Counted from the first letter of the stretch, positions 1-13,830 are shown. The stretch: DNA of 64,000 nucleotides from Vicugna vicugna (GCA_013265495.1 MU061579.1:1733319-1797318), one strand, 5' to 3'. Program-made: numbers and translations. The notes: a model not told the origin generated them from the letters alone.

Positions 1-1477
1 CAGTCTTGGTTTTGTCTATGTGTATTGCAAGCTTCCTTAGGACAGTGGCAATTTTTGCATATTATTGACAAGGTTCAACAGTTTAATATATAATTGGTTT
101 CTAAAATGTTGTTCTATGATATTAATGATAATTTCATATTTCATATGTTACTGAAAAGTTGCATCTAAACCTTTTATATCTGCCACTTTTAATGCAATTT
201 TTTCTAATATTACTATGTCTACTATAACTTTTTGAAATTTCATATCTATTGGATTACATATTTTTTATAACAGTTTTCAACTCAGTGACCCTACACTGTA
301 TGTGCACATAAAAATACATGCATCTATAATGTTATGCATCTATTTTATTAAATATATGAAAATTAAATTAGAGTGCCTTCTTAAAAATGCTTATTTTTAA
401 AAAAATTTTTGAAAGCTTTACTAAAGTATACTAATAAAAATATACTATAATAATTCTATGTTAAGGAAGTTCATATTTTATTTTTGGCAGCAATAATTCG
501 CTATGTATCTTTGTAGCAGTCATTTATTTTCTATACATATAAAGAAGCAATACAGCAAGAGCATGAAAAGACACAATTGAATGATTAATAGATATGTACA
601 AAATTTTTTATGAACTTGGCTTCCTTCCTCTGTTTAACAATGCTTATGTTATTTATAAGATAATGCAAATATTCCCACATTAATTCACCACACTATCCTT
701 TAAAATATGAGAAATTGTTAAATGGGGTGAAAAATGCACGACATTTTAAAATTAAGCTATTATGCTAAGTTTATGCAAATATGAATATTACTAGCTAAAA
801 TAATAATTTTAAAATATTGCTTTTGAAATGTTCATTTCATTAGCATGCATATTCCTCTAAAAATCCTGCACTTAATATTGTTATTTGGAGATAATACAGT
901 GATTTTTATATATATGCAGTAAATGCTTCATTTAAGTTGCACTTTAGCACATGAGACAAAAGGGAAAGGTTCTCAGATTTGGAGGCATTTTCAAGTAGAA
1001 ATAAAATATCCATAATATAATTTTCTTTTGTATTTGTTCAGTTTGGATGGTCAGAAAATATTGTGATTTAAATCCTGAAAATAGCAAATAGTGTGGGCTC
1101 TCTGGTTTAAATCTATTTTCAAGAAGAAATATTTTAAAGAAAAGTACTCACAGTTAATTGCAATGCAGTTGGTATAATATCATTTTACTCCCATCCCCAA
1201 ATCCTGTTCAGACAGCACAATGATATCACCATAGTGCTGGAGAGAGAGCTAAAATGTTATCACTGTCAGACCAGGGATTTTACCTAGTTTGTTCAATGTT
1301 GTCTGCTTAATGTCTAAAATACCGCCTGGAATACACTAAGTGCCAAATAAATGTTAGTGACTTCTAATTTATTTGAAAAGATACACTCAAATGTATGCTT
1401 GATTAATACCACTGGATACATCTGCTTTTAAAACTGATCCTGTTGCTAAACCCTTTGAGACCATTTTTTCCCTCTGC

Positions 1478-1930
1478 ATTCATGCATTTTGAAGCAAATA
1501 TATTGAACATTTACTTCATGAAATGCACTATTACAAGGCCTGGAAGTATAACATATTGTTACATTGACAAATATCCGAGTTTAAAATCCATTGAAAGTGC
1601 ATAGAAAACAAAAACAAAAAACCAAAAAAATGGTGATAATACATCTAGGAAGAAAAATAAATCAGAGAAAGAGAGTTCCAGGGACAGGAGGTTCCATGTA
1701 AGGATCTTTGGAAGGCTAGACAAAGTTTCACGAAAAAGGTGAGCACTGAGTAAGTACCTAAATGAAATAGATCGATCCACAGTAATATCTTAGCCAAGAG
1801 CATTCTAGACAAAGAGAAACAGAAAAATACCAAACTCTCAGGTAGAAACATGTCTAATGTGTTCAGGGATCAACCTGAAAACTCCAATGGCTGGACTAGA
1901 ATGAAAGGGTTCCGGAAATAGAAGATGACA
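1478..1930 (-). mobile_element. L2 LINE 3' fragment, old
   Basis: Begins CATTCATGCATTTTGAAGCAAATATATTGAACATTTAC, the reverse complement of an L2 tail, followed by degraded L2 3' motifs such as GCATTCTAGACAAAGAGAAACAG. Confidence 0.65.
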
Positions 1931-2089
1931 ATTGACTAAGGGTTATATCCTTAACACCAGCTACTGACTTTGGAATTTTAAAAGAATAGGCAATTTAATA
2001 TGCTTAAGTCTTCAAAAGAGAGAATACCTGTTTGCTTCGCAAGGTGCCATTAGGTCCAGATGAATACCTGCATACATGAAGAAACTTGA

Positions 2090-2330
2090 AGCGGCAGAGT
2101 TGCAATGGCGATCAGGACTACAGACTTTGAAATCTCAGCCATGCTAGCTGGTAGTTGTGTGACCCTGAGTAAGTGATTTAACCTCTCTGGGCTTTAGTTT
2201 TCTCAATCCGAAAATGGGGACGATGGCCATGCCTCATAGATTGTTGGAGCATGAAATGAAATATGCACATGCTCTCAACACTGGTAAAGAAATGCTCAAC
2301 ACTGGTCTGGTAAAGAAATGCTCTAAAAAT
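2090..2330 (+). mobile_element. MIR SINE
   Basis: MIR core GTGTGACCCTGAGTAAGTGATTTAACCTCTCTGGGCTTTAGTTTTCTCAATCCGAAAATGGGGA. Confidence 0.85.
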
Positions 2331-2779
2331 ATGTGAGGTTTTGTATTGTTTTAGATTTTAAAAGTGACAATAATACAGTAGTAGTTCTGGTAGCATATGA
2401 TTACAGAATCAGAATGGCGGTTTTAAGAGTCACAAAAACGATGAAGATGTAAGTCATTTATGCAAATATTCTCTTAGTATTCAGAAAAAACAATATAAGT
2501 GAATCCCATTAACTACACCTGGAGAAGCATGTTAATGATATACAGGGGGTGTGGGCTTTTGAAAGAGACGACAGCGACTCCTAGGCAATGGCAAGGACTG
2601 AGGGAGAACAAGCTATGCTAAATGAACCACATAATGGAATTATTTATTACAGAGAAAGTTCTAAGAGATGCTGTAAGAATTGCGTATCTTAATTTTATTT
2701 AAGTGTTAACAGATCTTTCATAGTATTATCTTTATGAGTGGACAATGTTAGCCTATGAGGAGACTAAGAGTCACAGAGT

Positions 2780-3200
2780 TGTTTTAGCTTGGATTATCCC
2801 GGAAGCATTCTGAGACAGAGATTTCAGCGCAGGTGATTTCCTGCGGAGTGTTCAGGGAGAGAAACTGCTGCAGAGAGTGGAGCCAGCAGGGGCCAGTGGA
2901 GGAGGGGGCAGAATTCTGGTAGAGTCGCGCTGGGGGCCTCAGCCTATTTCCACAGGGAGCTCTCAAGCTAGGACGGACATTCAGGATTGATCTGGCTTGA
3001 GACGAGAGGGCCAGGCCTTTTTAATCCCACATCAGCCAGCCATGGGTGTGGGCTGCTCAGGAGGGAAGGTCCTAACCCTAGGCCAGGCAGCTCCTTTGGG
3101 CAAAGGCAATTCCCAGAGAGAATTAGCTCAGTCTGCAGCTGAAAGTCCTGGAAGCTGAGAGAGGAGGGGCTGGTGAGCGCTCAGGTCCTGAAGAGCTTAT
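2780..3200 (-). mobile_element. ERVL-class solo LTR (LTR16-like)
   Basis: GC-richer block with CTGAGACAGAGATTTCAGCGCAGG and CTCAGCCTATTTCCACAGGGAGCTCT, resembling the LTR16 reverse strand. Confidence 0.7.
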
Positions 3201-4089
3201 AGAAGAGACAATCTCTCCACATCCTCCATTTGGCCTCCTGGATTCTGTCCGGGCCTTTTTCCAACATCTCATTTGGAAAACATTCTGATAATGCAGAATT
3301 CAGATAATTAATTAATTAATCAATCCTGGACTTACTGGATAATATTACAAGAAAGCAATTATCTTAGCAGTAAGCTGCTGAAATTAGTCATGTAACCATA
3401 AATATGAATGCGAGATATAACATATAGATTGAAAAACTAAATGACAAAAATAAGATAGCTTGATGGCAAAATATACAACAAACCAAAGCAAATCTCCTGT
3501 AGAAGTAAGTATAGGATACCAAAATTCCAGACTACAAATTTACAATGCATAATAGCAATATAGCATCCTTGTTAAAGAATGCTCCTCTGCTTATACACCC
3601 TGCCCTCGTCAGAGCACATGGAAAAGCCTGTGAGGTTCAGAAGGAATCGGATCCGAAACTGGAAAAGTCACTCCAGCGCCTGCACACTTAACCCAGACCA
3701 CACAGCCTTCTCAGTGTGAACAATCCAAATCTGTAAACTTTGCCGATATAACCTTGACCAAATTACCTAAGAACCGGTTTGAGATGTCCTTAAAATTTCT
3801 GTTTGTATTCTACCATACTTGTATTTCTTATTTTGATGAAACAATATATGCACTTTAAGTATATTAAGATTATGTTACTTTTATTTTATATTATAATCCC
3901 TATTATGCTAGCAGAGTATAATATAAATATGTGACTATGTTATTATTAAATTTGGAGGTGAGTACATACGTTTTCCTTTTGTAATTGTTCGACAGACCAT
4001 ACATGTACATTTTAACTTCTTTTTCATATGAATACTATGTTTAATAATAAAAGAAAATAAAAGAAATACGAACAAGTAAAACAAAGAGC

Positions 4090-4560
4090 ATGTAATTTCC
4101 CATAACCCCAGGCTGTAGAGATAATCATCACTGGCACTTTGGAATAAATCTTTGTATGTGTGTATCAAAAAATGTGCAGTATTTAGACTTTATAATCTGC
4201 TTTTCTTTTTTTTTCCACTTTGCATGTCACGATCCTGTTCTTATGCCAGTGAACATTTGCTAACAGCCTTATCTTAATGACTGAAGCGTATTCTACTCTA
4301 TGAATTTACCATAATATATTCAATAATGGATGTGCCATTTATTCATTCTGCTGGACATTCAACTTATTTCAATTTTTATGTCCACTATAATGCTTTAAGA
4401 AGCAATCTTAAATTTAAAGATTTTTGTGCATCCCTACTATTTTCTTAGGATACACTTCTAGGTATGTAATTGTTGAGTCAAAGTGGATCAATGTTTTCAG
4501 GGCTTCTTTTTAACATCTGTAATTGCTGGTGTTGTTAGTAAAGTCTGATCACTCCTGCAT
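4090..4560 (-). mobile_element. Old L1 (L1ME-like) 3' fragment
   Basis: Degraded antisense L1 motifs, e.g. TTTCTTAGGATACACTTCTAGGTATGTAATTGTTGAGTCAAAG. Confidence 0.7.
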
Positions 4561-4661
4561 CTCTGTCAGCATTTTAACTCACTCTTACCTAATAGAAGTC
4601 CACTTGAACTAGGAGTAAAATAGCAATCCCTAATATGAAACAACTAATATTCATTGAATTC

Positions 4662-5050
4662 TGTAGTTGGTTGTGTGTAGCATCTCCAAGAACTTCCTCC
4701 AGGACTTCAGGATTTTTTCCCTGGCTGCTGGGAATGTTGCTAGTAACATCTCACAGCGATCAGCCTGTTCTGGAAATTGGTGGTGCTGAAGGCTCTCTTT
4801 CCTCAATGTCGTATCTGTGTCCCAGGAAGAGCTAACCCCTGAGGACTAGCTGATGTTGGAGTATAAAATACCAGTCCTTACTACCGTGATACACTGAGAC
4901 CCTTTCTGACTAAAAACCCTTCTCCCACTTCTCCCCTATGCGTTCATCCTCATAGTACTTACTACCCGTCCTGCACATAGTACTTACTACATGTCCTGCC
5001 TGCTAACCCCTGTCTCAGAGCTGGCTTTCTTGTGAATGCGCCTTGAATCA
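4662..5050 (+). mobile_element. ERVL-class solo LTR (LTR16/LTR33-like)
   Basis: CCCTGGCTGCTGGGAATGTTG, internal GTATAAAA, and 3' end CCTGCCTGCTAACCCCTGTCTCAGAG. Confidence 0.65.
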
Positions 5051-5059
5051 CGGACCTAC

Positions 5060-5290
5060 CATGGGCAGGTACAGTGTTGCGTTTCATATCCACTTTCTCA
5101 TTTAATCTATTCAATAATAGATAGACGGTATGATAGGTGAAATCGGCAGTATGATTACAATGTTCACTTTACAGGTGAAATAATCTCCAGCTGTTTGAAC
5201 AGCTTGTCCTAGGACAAGCCATCCAGCTAGTGAAGCCAGGATTCAACACCAGGTATCTGACCCCAAAGCCCATGTACTTCACGGTACTTC
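5060..5290 (-). mobile_element. MIR SINE
   Basis: TTTACAGGTGAAA followed by CAGCTAGTGAAGCCAGGATTCAACACCAGGTATCTGACCCCAAAGCCCATG. Confidence 0.8.
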
Positions 5291-6930
5291 CTCTGAACTC
5301 ACACTGAACAACACAAATTGATAATCTTAGTACTTCAAGAACAGTGAATAATGTTTGTGCTCCATTGTCCTCCAGGCTAATTTGGAGTCTTTCCTTGCTT
5401 TTACATCTCCTCATTTTGATTTACATTTAACTCTTTAAATACCAATCACTCTCACTAAATAGTAAGTTCCCTAAGGGCAGTTAGTAACATCACTCATAAT
5501 ACAGTGTGCTCTATGAGTAAACTGCATTTGAATAAAAGAGTGAATGTATTTGCCCATATTCATTTAGATTTATTTATGCTAAATCAGGTCTACAATCTGG
5601 TCTAGACAGATTTCTATCTGATCTGGCCACCAAAGAACAGGCTGTTAAATAATTCTTCCTTGATCTCAGCTCAGATAAAAAGTATAATTATCCTACAACT
5701 GGAAAAAAAATAATGGATAATTAACTTTATTGTGTTACTAAGTCTTGTGTAGATTAATATTCCACCTTTTCCCTAAACTTTCCACTCTCTAATGTCAATG
5801 TAGAGTTCTTTATAAAAATTGGTGCATACTGTCTTATCATTTTCCACTTCATATACTTTGATCACATGCCTTTTCAGCTTTTGTCTTTTATCTCAAACAT
5901 ACAACAAATAGATTCCAGCTGTCTGGAAATTGCCAGGCACTACACAAACTAATGGGAAATTCAAAATTGTAAAAATTTTACCATTACTATAAAATATGTT
6001 ATATTTTCTCTTTAGATTTTCACTTTTTATTCAAATGATTATAAATCTACCTTTGCAATAGAATATCATGCCCTATGTGTTGTTTCTGATTTGCCACCAA
6101 ATTTTATTTTGGCGATACTTAGAATATAATTGCTATATTTTCAACAGTACATTTTAAAAATATTATTTTATAGAAACATATAATGATAAGTTAGTCTCAC
6201 TTTGGTAATATTACTAATTTACTCATAAGACTTTAAAATAACATTAACATTTTTCTGAATGAGTAACTGCTACTCAAAATTTGTAATGACTGCTCAATTG
6301 AGGGTGTTTATATATGAAAAAATTATTATTTGACTATCAAGTACAATTTGATTATAAATAAGATTTCATTTATAAGAGAATTTGAATGTGAGTTTGAGGT
6401 AACAGGATTTGAAGCAGGAACAAACTAAGAAGAGACAAAGAATCCAATGCAAATCAGTTATCCAGCAATGGGAGTAGGTCATTAGAATTGACCTTGATGG
6501 TGAACACTCTTCCAGTTGCATGGCTGGAAACAGTGCTGCCATTTCCACAAGGATTTGGTTGCTCAACTTTTCTCTTGATGCCTGATCTCATGACAGAGAT
6601 TCCACTTTTCCTTATATCCACGTCTATTTTTCTAATAAATGCCCTGTTAGTTTTGGTAATTTTAGCACTCTATGTTCCCTGCAATCAAAACAGCCCTACA
6701 GAAGAATGCATGTCATAGCAAGTGTATTATTAACAGCTATCACTTTAGAATGTGATCTTTTATTGCAACAGTAGATTTTGCATATAAATTATGCTGCAAT
6801 AGTGGCAATGGTTGCATGCATATTTTCCACCAAAGGATAAATCTATGTATATGTAAAGTTGGATTCTAATTGGAATCACACTAATTTAACAGCTATAGAG
6901 TTATTAGCAATCACGGCTGATGAAGAGCAG

Positions 6931-7400
6931 TGTATCAGCTTCTTGAGACTGCTGTAACAAATTACTACAACCTGAGTGTCTTAAAGTAACATTAATGTAT
7001 TCTTCCACAGTTTTGGAGGCCAGAAGTCTGGAATCAAGGTGTCTGCAGTGTCACGCTCCCTCCATAGTTTCTAAGAGGGCATCCTTGAATCTTCCAGCTT
7101 CTAGTGATGGCAGATGTTTCTTGTTTTGTGGCCATCTCTTTGAAATCCTTGGCTCCATGGCCACATTGCCTCTCTTCTCTCCAAAATTAACTCTGTCCCT
7201 TTATTTATAAAGATGCCTATAATTATATTAGAGCCCGGCTAGATATACAGAATAAATTGTTCCTCTCAAGACCCTAAACTTAACTCATGTCTTTTGCCAT
7301 AAGTGATGTGTAAAGTTCACTCTTTTAACAGATAAAATAATATTCACAGGTTCCAGGGATTAAGATGTTGGACCTCTTCTCTTTAGGGGCCACTTTTCAG
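6931..7400 (-). mobile_element. MaLR solo LTR (MLT1C/D-like)
   Basis: TGTATCAGCTTC start, GCTGTAACAAATTACTACAA, CACAGTTTTGGAGGCCAGAAGTCTGGAATCAAGGTG, and GGTTCCAGGGATTAAGATG near the far end. Confidence 0.9.
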
Positions 7401-7884
7401 AAATAATAAAAATATCACTTCCATTTAAACTTTGAAGTTATTTTGATCAATGTGATTTGAAAACCTTGTCTCTTGGCAATGTTAACTAAATCACAAAGCT
7501 AATTCTGAAAGATGCATGAAGGTTTGTCCACTCACTGCTCAAATCCTTTATTCTCTCCATTTCATGCTACACTTGGACTAAATCCATTAAGCTAAATGAC
7601 CATAAACTATCTTAGGTTTGAAATATTAATTTGTGATTTATACTCTCTTTGATATGAAGGATTTCTTCCTAAAGTTAAAATGAACATTTAGAAATATATA
7701 TTTAGTAATATTGAAGAAATTATTAAAAATACAAAGTGGTATGTCATGATTTATTAATTACTTTTATATTAGCAAAACTTTAATGTACTGGTCTTAAGAT
7801 TTTATTTAAAAGATGAGAATTTAAATGCTTACTTTTATTTAAAAATTTTTTTTGATAAAACAACATGATGTTGAACATGATATT

Positions 7885-8130
7885 GATGATAACCAACATT
7901 TATGGAGTGAAAATAAAGATATTGTTACATATCTGGCTAAAGAATTAAATCCTCACAGCAATTAAGATAGTTACATCCTATGGTTTTCACCATTTTACAC
8001 ACACACAAAAAATACAGAATAGCGCAATTAAATTATTTGCTAAAGGCTGTGAAGTAGTAAAGTCGTTTGGCGGGGATTTGAAGTCAAATAGTCTGTTTCT
8101 AGTGTCTGTGCTTTTAGCTACTATGTTATG
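7885..8130 (-). mobile_element. MIR SINE
   Basis: AATCCTCACAGCAA, CCATTTTAC and GGGATTTGAAGTCAAATAGTCTG in MIR antisense order. Confidence 0.7.
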
Positions 8131-9829
8131 CTGTAAACTGATTTGTTTTCAGATATCTGTACTTGCAGTTCATTTCAATATTCCAGAATTGGTATAGGAA
8201 AGTTCATGTGAAAAGGAGTATTTATTCTTCACAAACGGATTCATCCTAGAGCATAAATAAGATATATTAGATATTTTACATATTAATATATATCTGGAAC
8301 TGATAGCTGGTGTGCATGCACGTGTGTGTATGCATATAAGTGTGTAAGGAAACCGTAACTGTGTTAAACACTTATGTTTCTCCCTAGAAATCAATTCATG
8401 GCTATTTCACCATAGACCATAGCCAGAATAAATCCTAAATCTTTTAAGTAAACTGCTATACATGTATGTATCATTGTTGAGTTTTCAACTGGCCAAACCA
8501 CATATTGACAAGAAGTTTAATTTTTTTACTTTATGATATATAAGAAATTCTGTTGTATAATTTTATTAATAGCTTATAATTCAATAAATCTAATAAATAT
8601 GGACCTTTTATATAATGAATTATAAATGTAAGGAGAACATATTGATTCATTATTAATTCTTGCCAAACCAAGGAGATGCTTTTATGTGAAGAATATCGAT
8701 AATGTAAAAAAATCAACTTGTGTAGTAGGAAGCAAATATAAAATGATCAGAATAAATAAAAAATTAACATTATCATTGAGAATTTCTCCTTTTTTATATT
8801 CCCCACTCTTTACATTGGTTTTATATCTGTATCTTGATCACATTCTCCATTCAGTTTTTACTTAAATAAAAATTTTATTAAGTTTAAAAATAAAAAAATA
8901 AAAATAGGAAAAAAGTAATTAGTATTAGAAATCTACAGAATGTTATTAGAAATCATTTGCTACATTTATTTAAGAAGACACAATCTAATTTCACTTATCC
9001 TCAGTGTTAATTTAGTAAATTAATAAAATTATAAAAGCCCCTTTTCTATGTTAAAAATCAATCAAGGTATCAATTTATCAAAGAAAGGTTAAATAACAAA
9101 CATTACATTGTGCAGAAAACTACTTGATCTCAAATCCATTTTTCAGATCTCAGCTGCTGCAAAAAATTATTTTTCAGTCTCTCAAGGAAAATATAGAAAA
9201 GTTAATTGTGGTGGTTAGTTACTGCATTACAGTTTTGAGTACAACTTGAGGTCAATGAGTAACAATTTCTCAGAAAGATAAATTTCATACTCTTGTTAAC
9301 AAAAGGGTATGTAATATTCCTAAAATTCTTATGAGAAATATTTGTCCAAAAGTCCTAGCTGTTTAATGTAAGAACAAGAAACAGAGGCAATCAGCCCTTT
9401 GAACCCACTGCAATTAATAAGGGAAGCATGCTCTACCTCAGGAAGGCCTGTAAAAGAAATAAACCACTGCCTCACGTGAAGTTAGCCCTTTGATGGAAAT
9501 GCAGATTAACCTTGTTTTTTATATCCTCCAAAGTGGCAAGGGGTCATTCGATGTTGTGAGCCATTTGTAAAAAAGAAATCTCACAATAAAAGGGGTGAAA
9601 CAGTTATAGCATCATCTGAATATTCTAGTCCTTGGATGTTTTAAATAGAGAAAAGAAAAAGAAAAGTAAGTATCAGAATGACTTGATACCATCTCAAAGT
9701 TTCTACGGTAGTAGAATATTAAATTTGCTGTTTAAAAAATATACATCAATAAAACAAGCCTAACCCAATTAGCTAATACACAAAAAATGTAACATTATTA
9801 AAAAATAAAATATTTACAAAAATATAATT

Positions 9830-10060
9830 ACTTGGCAGTTACTGTATCCCAGGAACATGTGTTATCCTGTATTCCTACAACAAACTTCTGAGAAGAGCAG
9901 TATTCTTGCTCCGACTTTGTAGCTATAAATCCAGGCACTGTATGATTCATTACTTGCCCAGACTCACTTATTCATTAAATGGGGAAGGTTTTGGGTGGGT
10001 GTGCAGAATGTGAACAGACACATCCTATCAATGCACCTGTGCTTTTAACCACTGCATCCT
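9830..10060 (-). mobile_element. MIR SINE, degraded
   Basis: ATTCCTACAACAAAC, TACTTGCCCAGACTCAC and GTGCTTTTAACCACTGCA in MIR antisense order. Confidence 0.6.
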
Positions 10061-10800
10061 CCAGCAAATGAAAAATAGCCTTACATGCAGATAACACAGA
10101 ATACATAGAGGCTGCTGTTGGCTCCCAAAAGTTAGAGGACAAAGAGCTTATTGAAGGCAGCTTTATTACATGTTGCTTTTTTTCTCATGCCTTTTTTTTT
10201 AAAGAATTATTTTTGTAACTTATAGAATTATTAATTTCAAACTTCTTATGTGGCTTTTTTTTTAACCAAAGGTGCATAATATGTGTCTCCAGTAAATAAC
10301 ACTATTTTTGGAGATTTGAGATGCCTACTGAATTCCATTTTCAGGTTTGTTTTGGGGAGGTAGGGTGATGACAGGTCCTTTGAGGCAGGAAGCAAAGGTT
10401 ACATTAATCCTAGTTCTACAAACTGTGAAATTAGAAATACCTAATTTTTCAGAATATGTTCTTCAAAATTGTTGAACACTGAGACTAAACTGTTACTCTG
10501 TTTATGATTCTACCAAATGGAGGTCTTACTGATCATTCTTCACTTTTAACCAATACCATTTCAATTGATGTCCATATTTACAATCAAGATGAGCTGTAGG
10601 ACACTGGCACTCATGCTCCCCATCATTAAGGACTGAGTTCTCAGTATGGTTAGATGGGAAACACAAGTTATTGTGATATAAGAAGTAAAAGTGAAAAAAT
10701 TACATATGACTTTATTGGTTAGACCAAAGACCTCATATATTTTCAAGCTTCATGACTAAATTTTAGCAGTTATTGGCATTGTCTTAAATAATATACTATT

Positions 10801-11175
10801 TATCTTAGGCTGATATCTCTGACTGTTAATCCTGGGAAGATGTGTGCGGGAGAATTACTGTAGAGTGCTTTGTGGAAAGAAACCTAAAGGAGAGCAAGGG
10901 AAGCAGAACTGAGCTGGGGAAGTGGGGGTTGGATTTGAACCTCACTGAAGTTACAAGGGAGATCTCAGCCAATCCCATCAGATTTGTTCTGAATTGATGC
11001 TTTGACAGTGCCTTTTTAGCCAGTATGGACCCAGTCACTGAACGTGAGCTAACCCCAGGGCCAGGAAATAGATGAATTGGAGTTGTCAACTACCAACACT
11101 CCTGGCAGCTGGAAAAACGAGAGCATGAGTCTTAAAAAGGAAATCTGGGCAGCACCCAGCAGCATCCACTACTAC
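10801..11175 (-). mobile_element. ERVL-class solo LTR (LTR16-like)
   Basis: CTCAGCCAATCCCA, CAACACTCCTGGCAGCTGG and ATCTGGGCAGCACCCAGCAGCATCCACTA. Confidence 0.7.
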
Positions 11176-11489
11176 ATTATGTTTTCTTTTAAATCCCCCA
11201 AAGATTTTGTAAACATTTTTATGGACAGGGGCAGCCATATTTCTTTGTCTATAGAACCCAAGAATATGTTAATTTCTAATTACTTCAGTGGGTGTTAGAT
11301 GGCAGTTAGGAGGAGGTGGGTTGTGAGACGTGGACAGTGCTCAAGACCATGGCCAATTCAAGCAACGAGGAAACTAAACCTATCCTATCCACTAAATACT
11401 ATACATTCAATGATCTTACAATGCTTGACTTATGATCCATATGTAATGTATGTCCTAGTAGTTTTTGTTTTTAATTAAAAATTAAAGTT

Positions 11490-11605
11490 ATCTAATCCAG
11501 CACTCACATTTCTACATGGAGAAAACTGAGACATGGAGAAACTGAGTCATTTGCCCAAGACCACACTATTGATTGTTGCTAGTGGCAGAAATGGTATCAG
11601 ACTCT
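11490..11605 (-). mobile_element. MIR SINE fragment
   Basis: GAAAACTGAGACATGGAGAAACTGAGTCATTTGCCCAAGACCACAC. Confidence 0.75.
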
Positions 11606-11974
11606 CTAGAACTTCCTAAGTGTGGTCATCACAAACATCACCCCAGTTTTTCTTTGTCAGTTTTTTTCTGCTTGTGGCAAAATATATCTTCTTAAAAATA
11701 CAGAGTGAGGCCAGAGAGATCATATAACTTCCTCAGTCATTAATTTATGAACTTGAAAACTTTATGTCAATACATTTAAGAAACAAGTGAAGAAACCTGT
11801 CTTAGAGGATAAAGGCAGCCATTAATTACAGGGTTTCTTTTAATGTCAGTGTGAAAACATCCATTTAAATCTCAACCTCTCTCTCTTTCATATATGTATG
11901 TACATATATGTACACAGGTGTACATACATAGTATATATGTATACACATAAAGTAATATATGTAGTGCACTATAA

Positions 11975-12658
11975 TACAAAATATGGAAAACAACAAATGT
12001 TGGCAAGAATGTAGAGAAACTGGAACCCTCATACATTGCTGGTGGAAATGTTAAATGGTGCCTCCCCTATGGAAAGCAGATTGGCAGGTCTTCAGAATAT
12101 TAACACTAGCATTACCAAATGATCTGATAATTCCACTCCTAAGTATATACCCAAAATAATACAAAATATGTACTCAGATACTTACACACCAATGTTCATT
12201 GCTCCATTACTCACAATATCCAAAGGTGGAAGAAACTCAAGGGGCCATTGACAGATGACTAGGTAAACAAAATCTGGTATATACATACAATGGAGTATTA
12301 TTCAGCCATATGAAAGACTGTAATTCTGATACATGTTGCAACATGGACTTTGAAAACATTATGCCTAGAGAAATAAGCCACACAAAATAGGACTAATATT
12401 ATGTGATTCCACTTACATAAAAGATCTAGAATAGGTAAATTCATAGAAATGGAAAGTAGATTAGAAGTTTTTAGGGAGAGAGGGTATGTGTGAGTTATTG
12501 ATTAACGAGCAGAGTTTTTGTTTGGGGTTATGAAGTTCTGGAAATAGATAGTGGAGATAGTTGCATAACATTTTAAATGTAAATAATGCCACTGAACTGT
12601 ATGCTTAAAAGTAGTTAAAATGGGAAATACTGTTATGTGTATTTACGACAATAAAAAA
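11975..12658 (+). mobile_element. L1 (L1MB-like) 3' end, 5'-truncated
   Basis: AAATGTTGGCAAGAATGTAGAGAAACTGGAACCCTCATACATTGCTGGTGG (ORF2 end), then a 3' UTR ending ACAATAAAAAA. Confidence 0.92.
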
Positions 12659-13079
12659 GTAACTGTGACTTGCTTTTGAAAGTAGTATATAAGATCCTGA
12701 AATTTCTGAGACCACATGCTTGGTATTTAATGTAATAAAAACCTTCCATTATAATTAGATTTGACCCTTTAGTCATTTTGACCCTTTAGTAATTCAGTAA
12801 AGTATCACATCCTCAGTATATTTTTCTCCTTAATGATGACTATTTTTCTTTTTTTTTTCTCTTTTGTGAATAGGGTCTTAAGAATGCCTTATTGTAAGTA
12901 CATTATAACGTATCAGGTTTTAAATGTTGTATATACATAAATTTTCTGTCCTAGAACTTCAAATTACAGGCATAAATTGCTGAATACACTTAATATGTGG
13001 AAATGTTTTATTTAAAGAGAAACCAAGAAGTAGAAAAGCCTAATTTATTTTACAAACTCTGGATATTAGATTTTTCCCC

Positions 13080-13830
13080 TTCTCCTTGCACAGTCTCTGA
13101 CCAGTCTCTAATCCTACTGTAGATCTTATTTATCCTCTAGCTTTCCCACAATTCTATTCATCCATCACCACACATCAGTCTTGAAGCTTTCTTGGGCAGC
13201 CTTACTGCAGAAGACTTGTCCAGGTCTCCTGCTCCAGAGCTTTCTCCCCTATGCTCCACTTATAACTCCATAACTTCTAGTTACACACAGCAATTAGGCA
13301 ATCCTTTCTTAAATAAAATTTTAGAGTGTCTCCAATCTTCTGAAAAACTCTTAGGTTTTCCTGTTGCCTCTAGGATTAGATTTCAACTACATAAATTGAA
13401 ATACAAATCCTTTAGACTCTTAACTAACACTCCAGTCTCATTTCTCTTCCAGCTTCCCGTTAAGTGAGACACTCAGCTGTTTTCAGTACTTGAATGATGT
13501 CAAGCTCATTCTCTTCAACAGTCATACTATTCGCTCTCATTAAATACCTTCTCTTAGGGCATTCTTCACATCTCAGGTTAAATAGCTCATCCTCTTAGGT
13601 AACTGTGATGCCTGATAGATGGCAGTACGTGTTTCTGCTTTGCGTTCCCATTTATATTCAATTTTATTGCAATTATAAGTTTGTTTTTCTGATCACTAGG
13701 TGGTAAGGTATGTTAGGCCAGATACATAGGCCTAAGTGTATCCCATGTCTCTTGTTAACCTTTTATACCCATGGCATATAACTCAGTAATCGGGAAATAC
13801 TGTGTTCAATGAATCTTTGTTTAATGAGAG
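13080..13830 (+). mobile_element. L2 LINE fragments
   Basis: Pyrimidine-rich degraded L2 body ending TGTTCAATGAATCTTTGTTTAATG. Confidence 0.55.
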
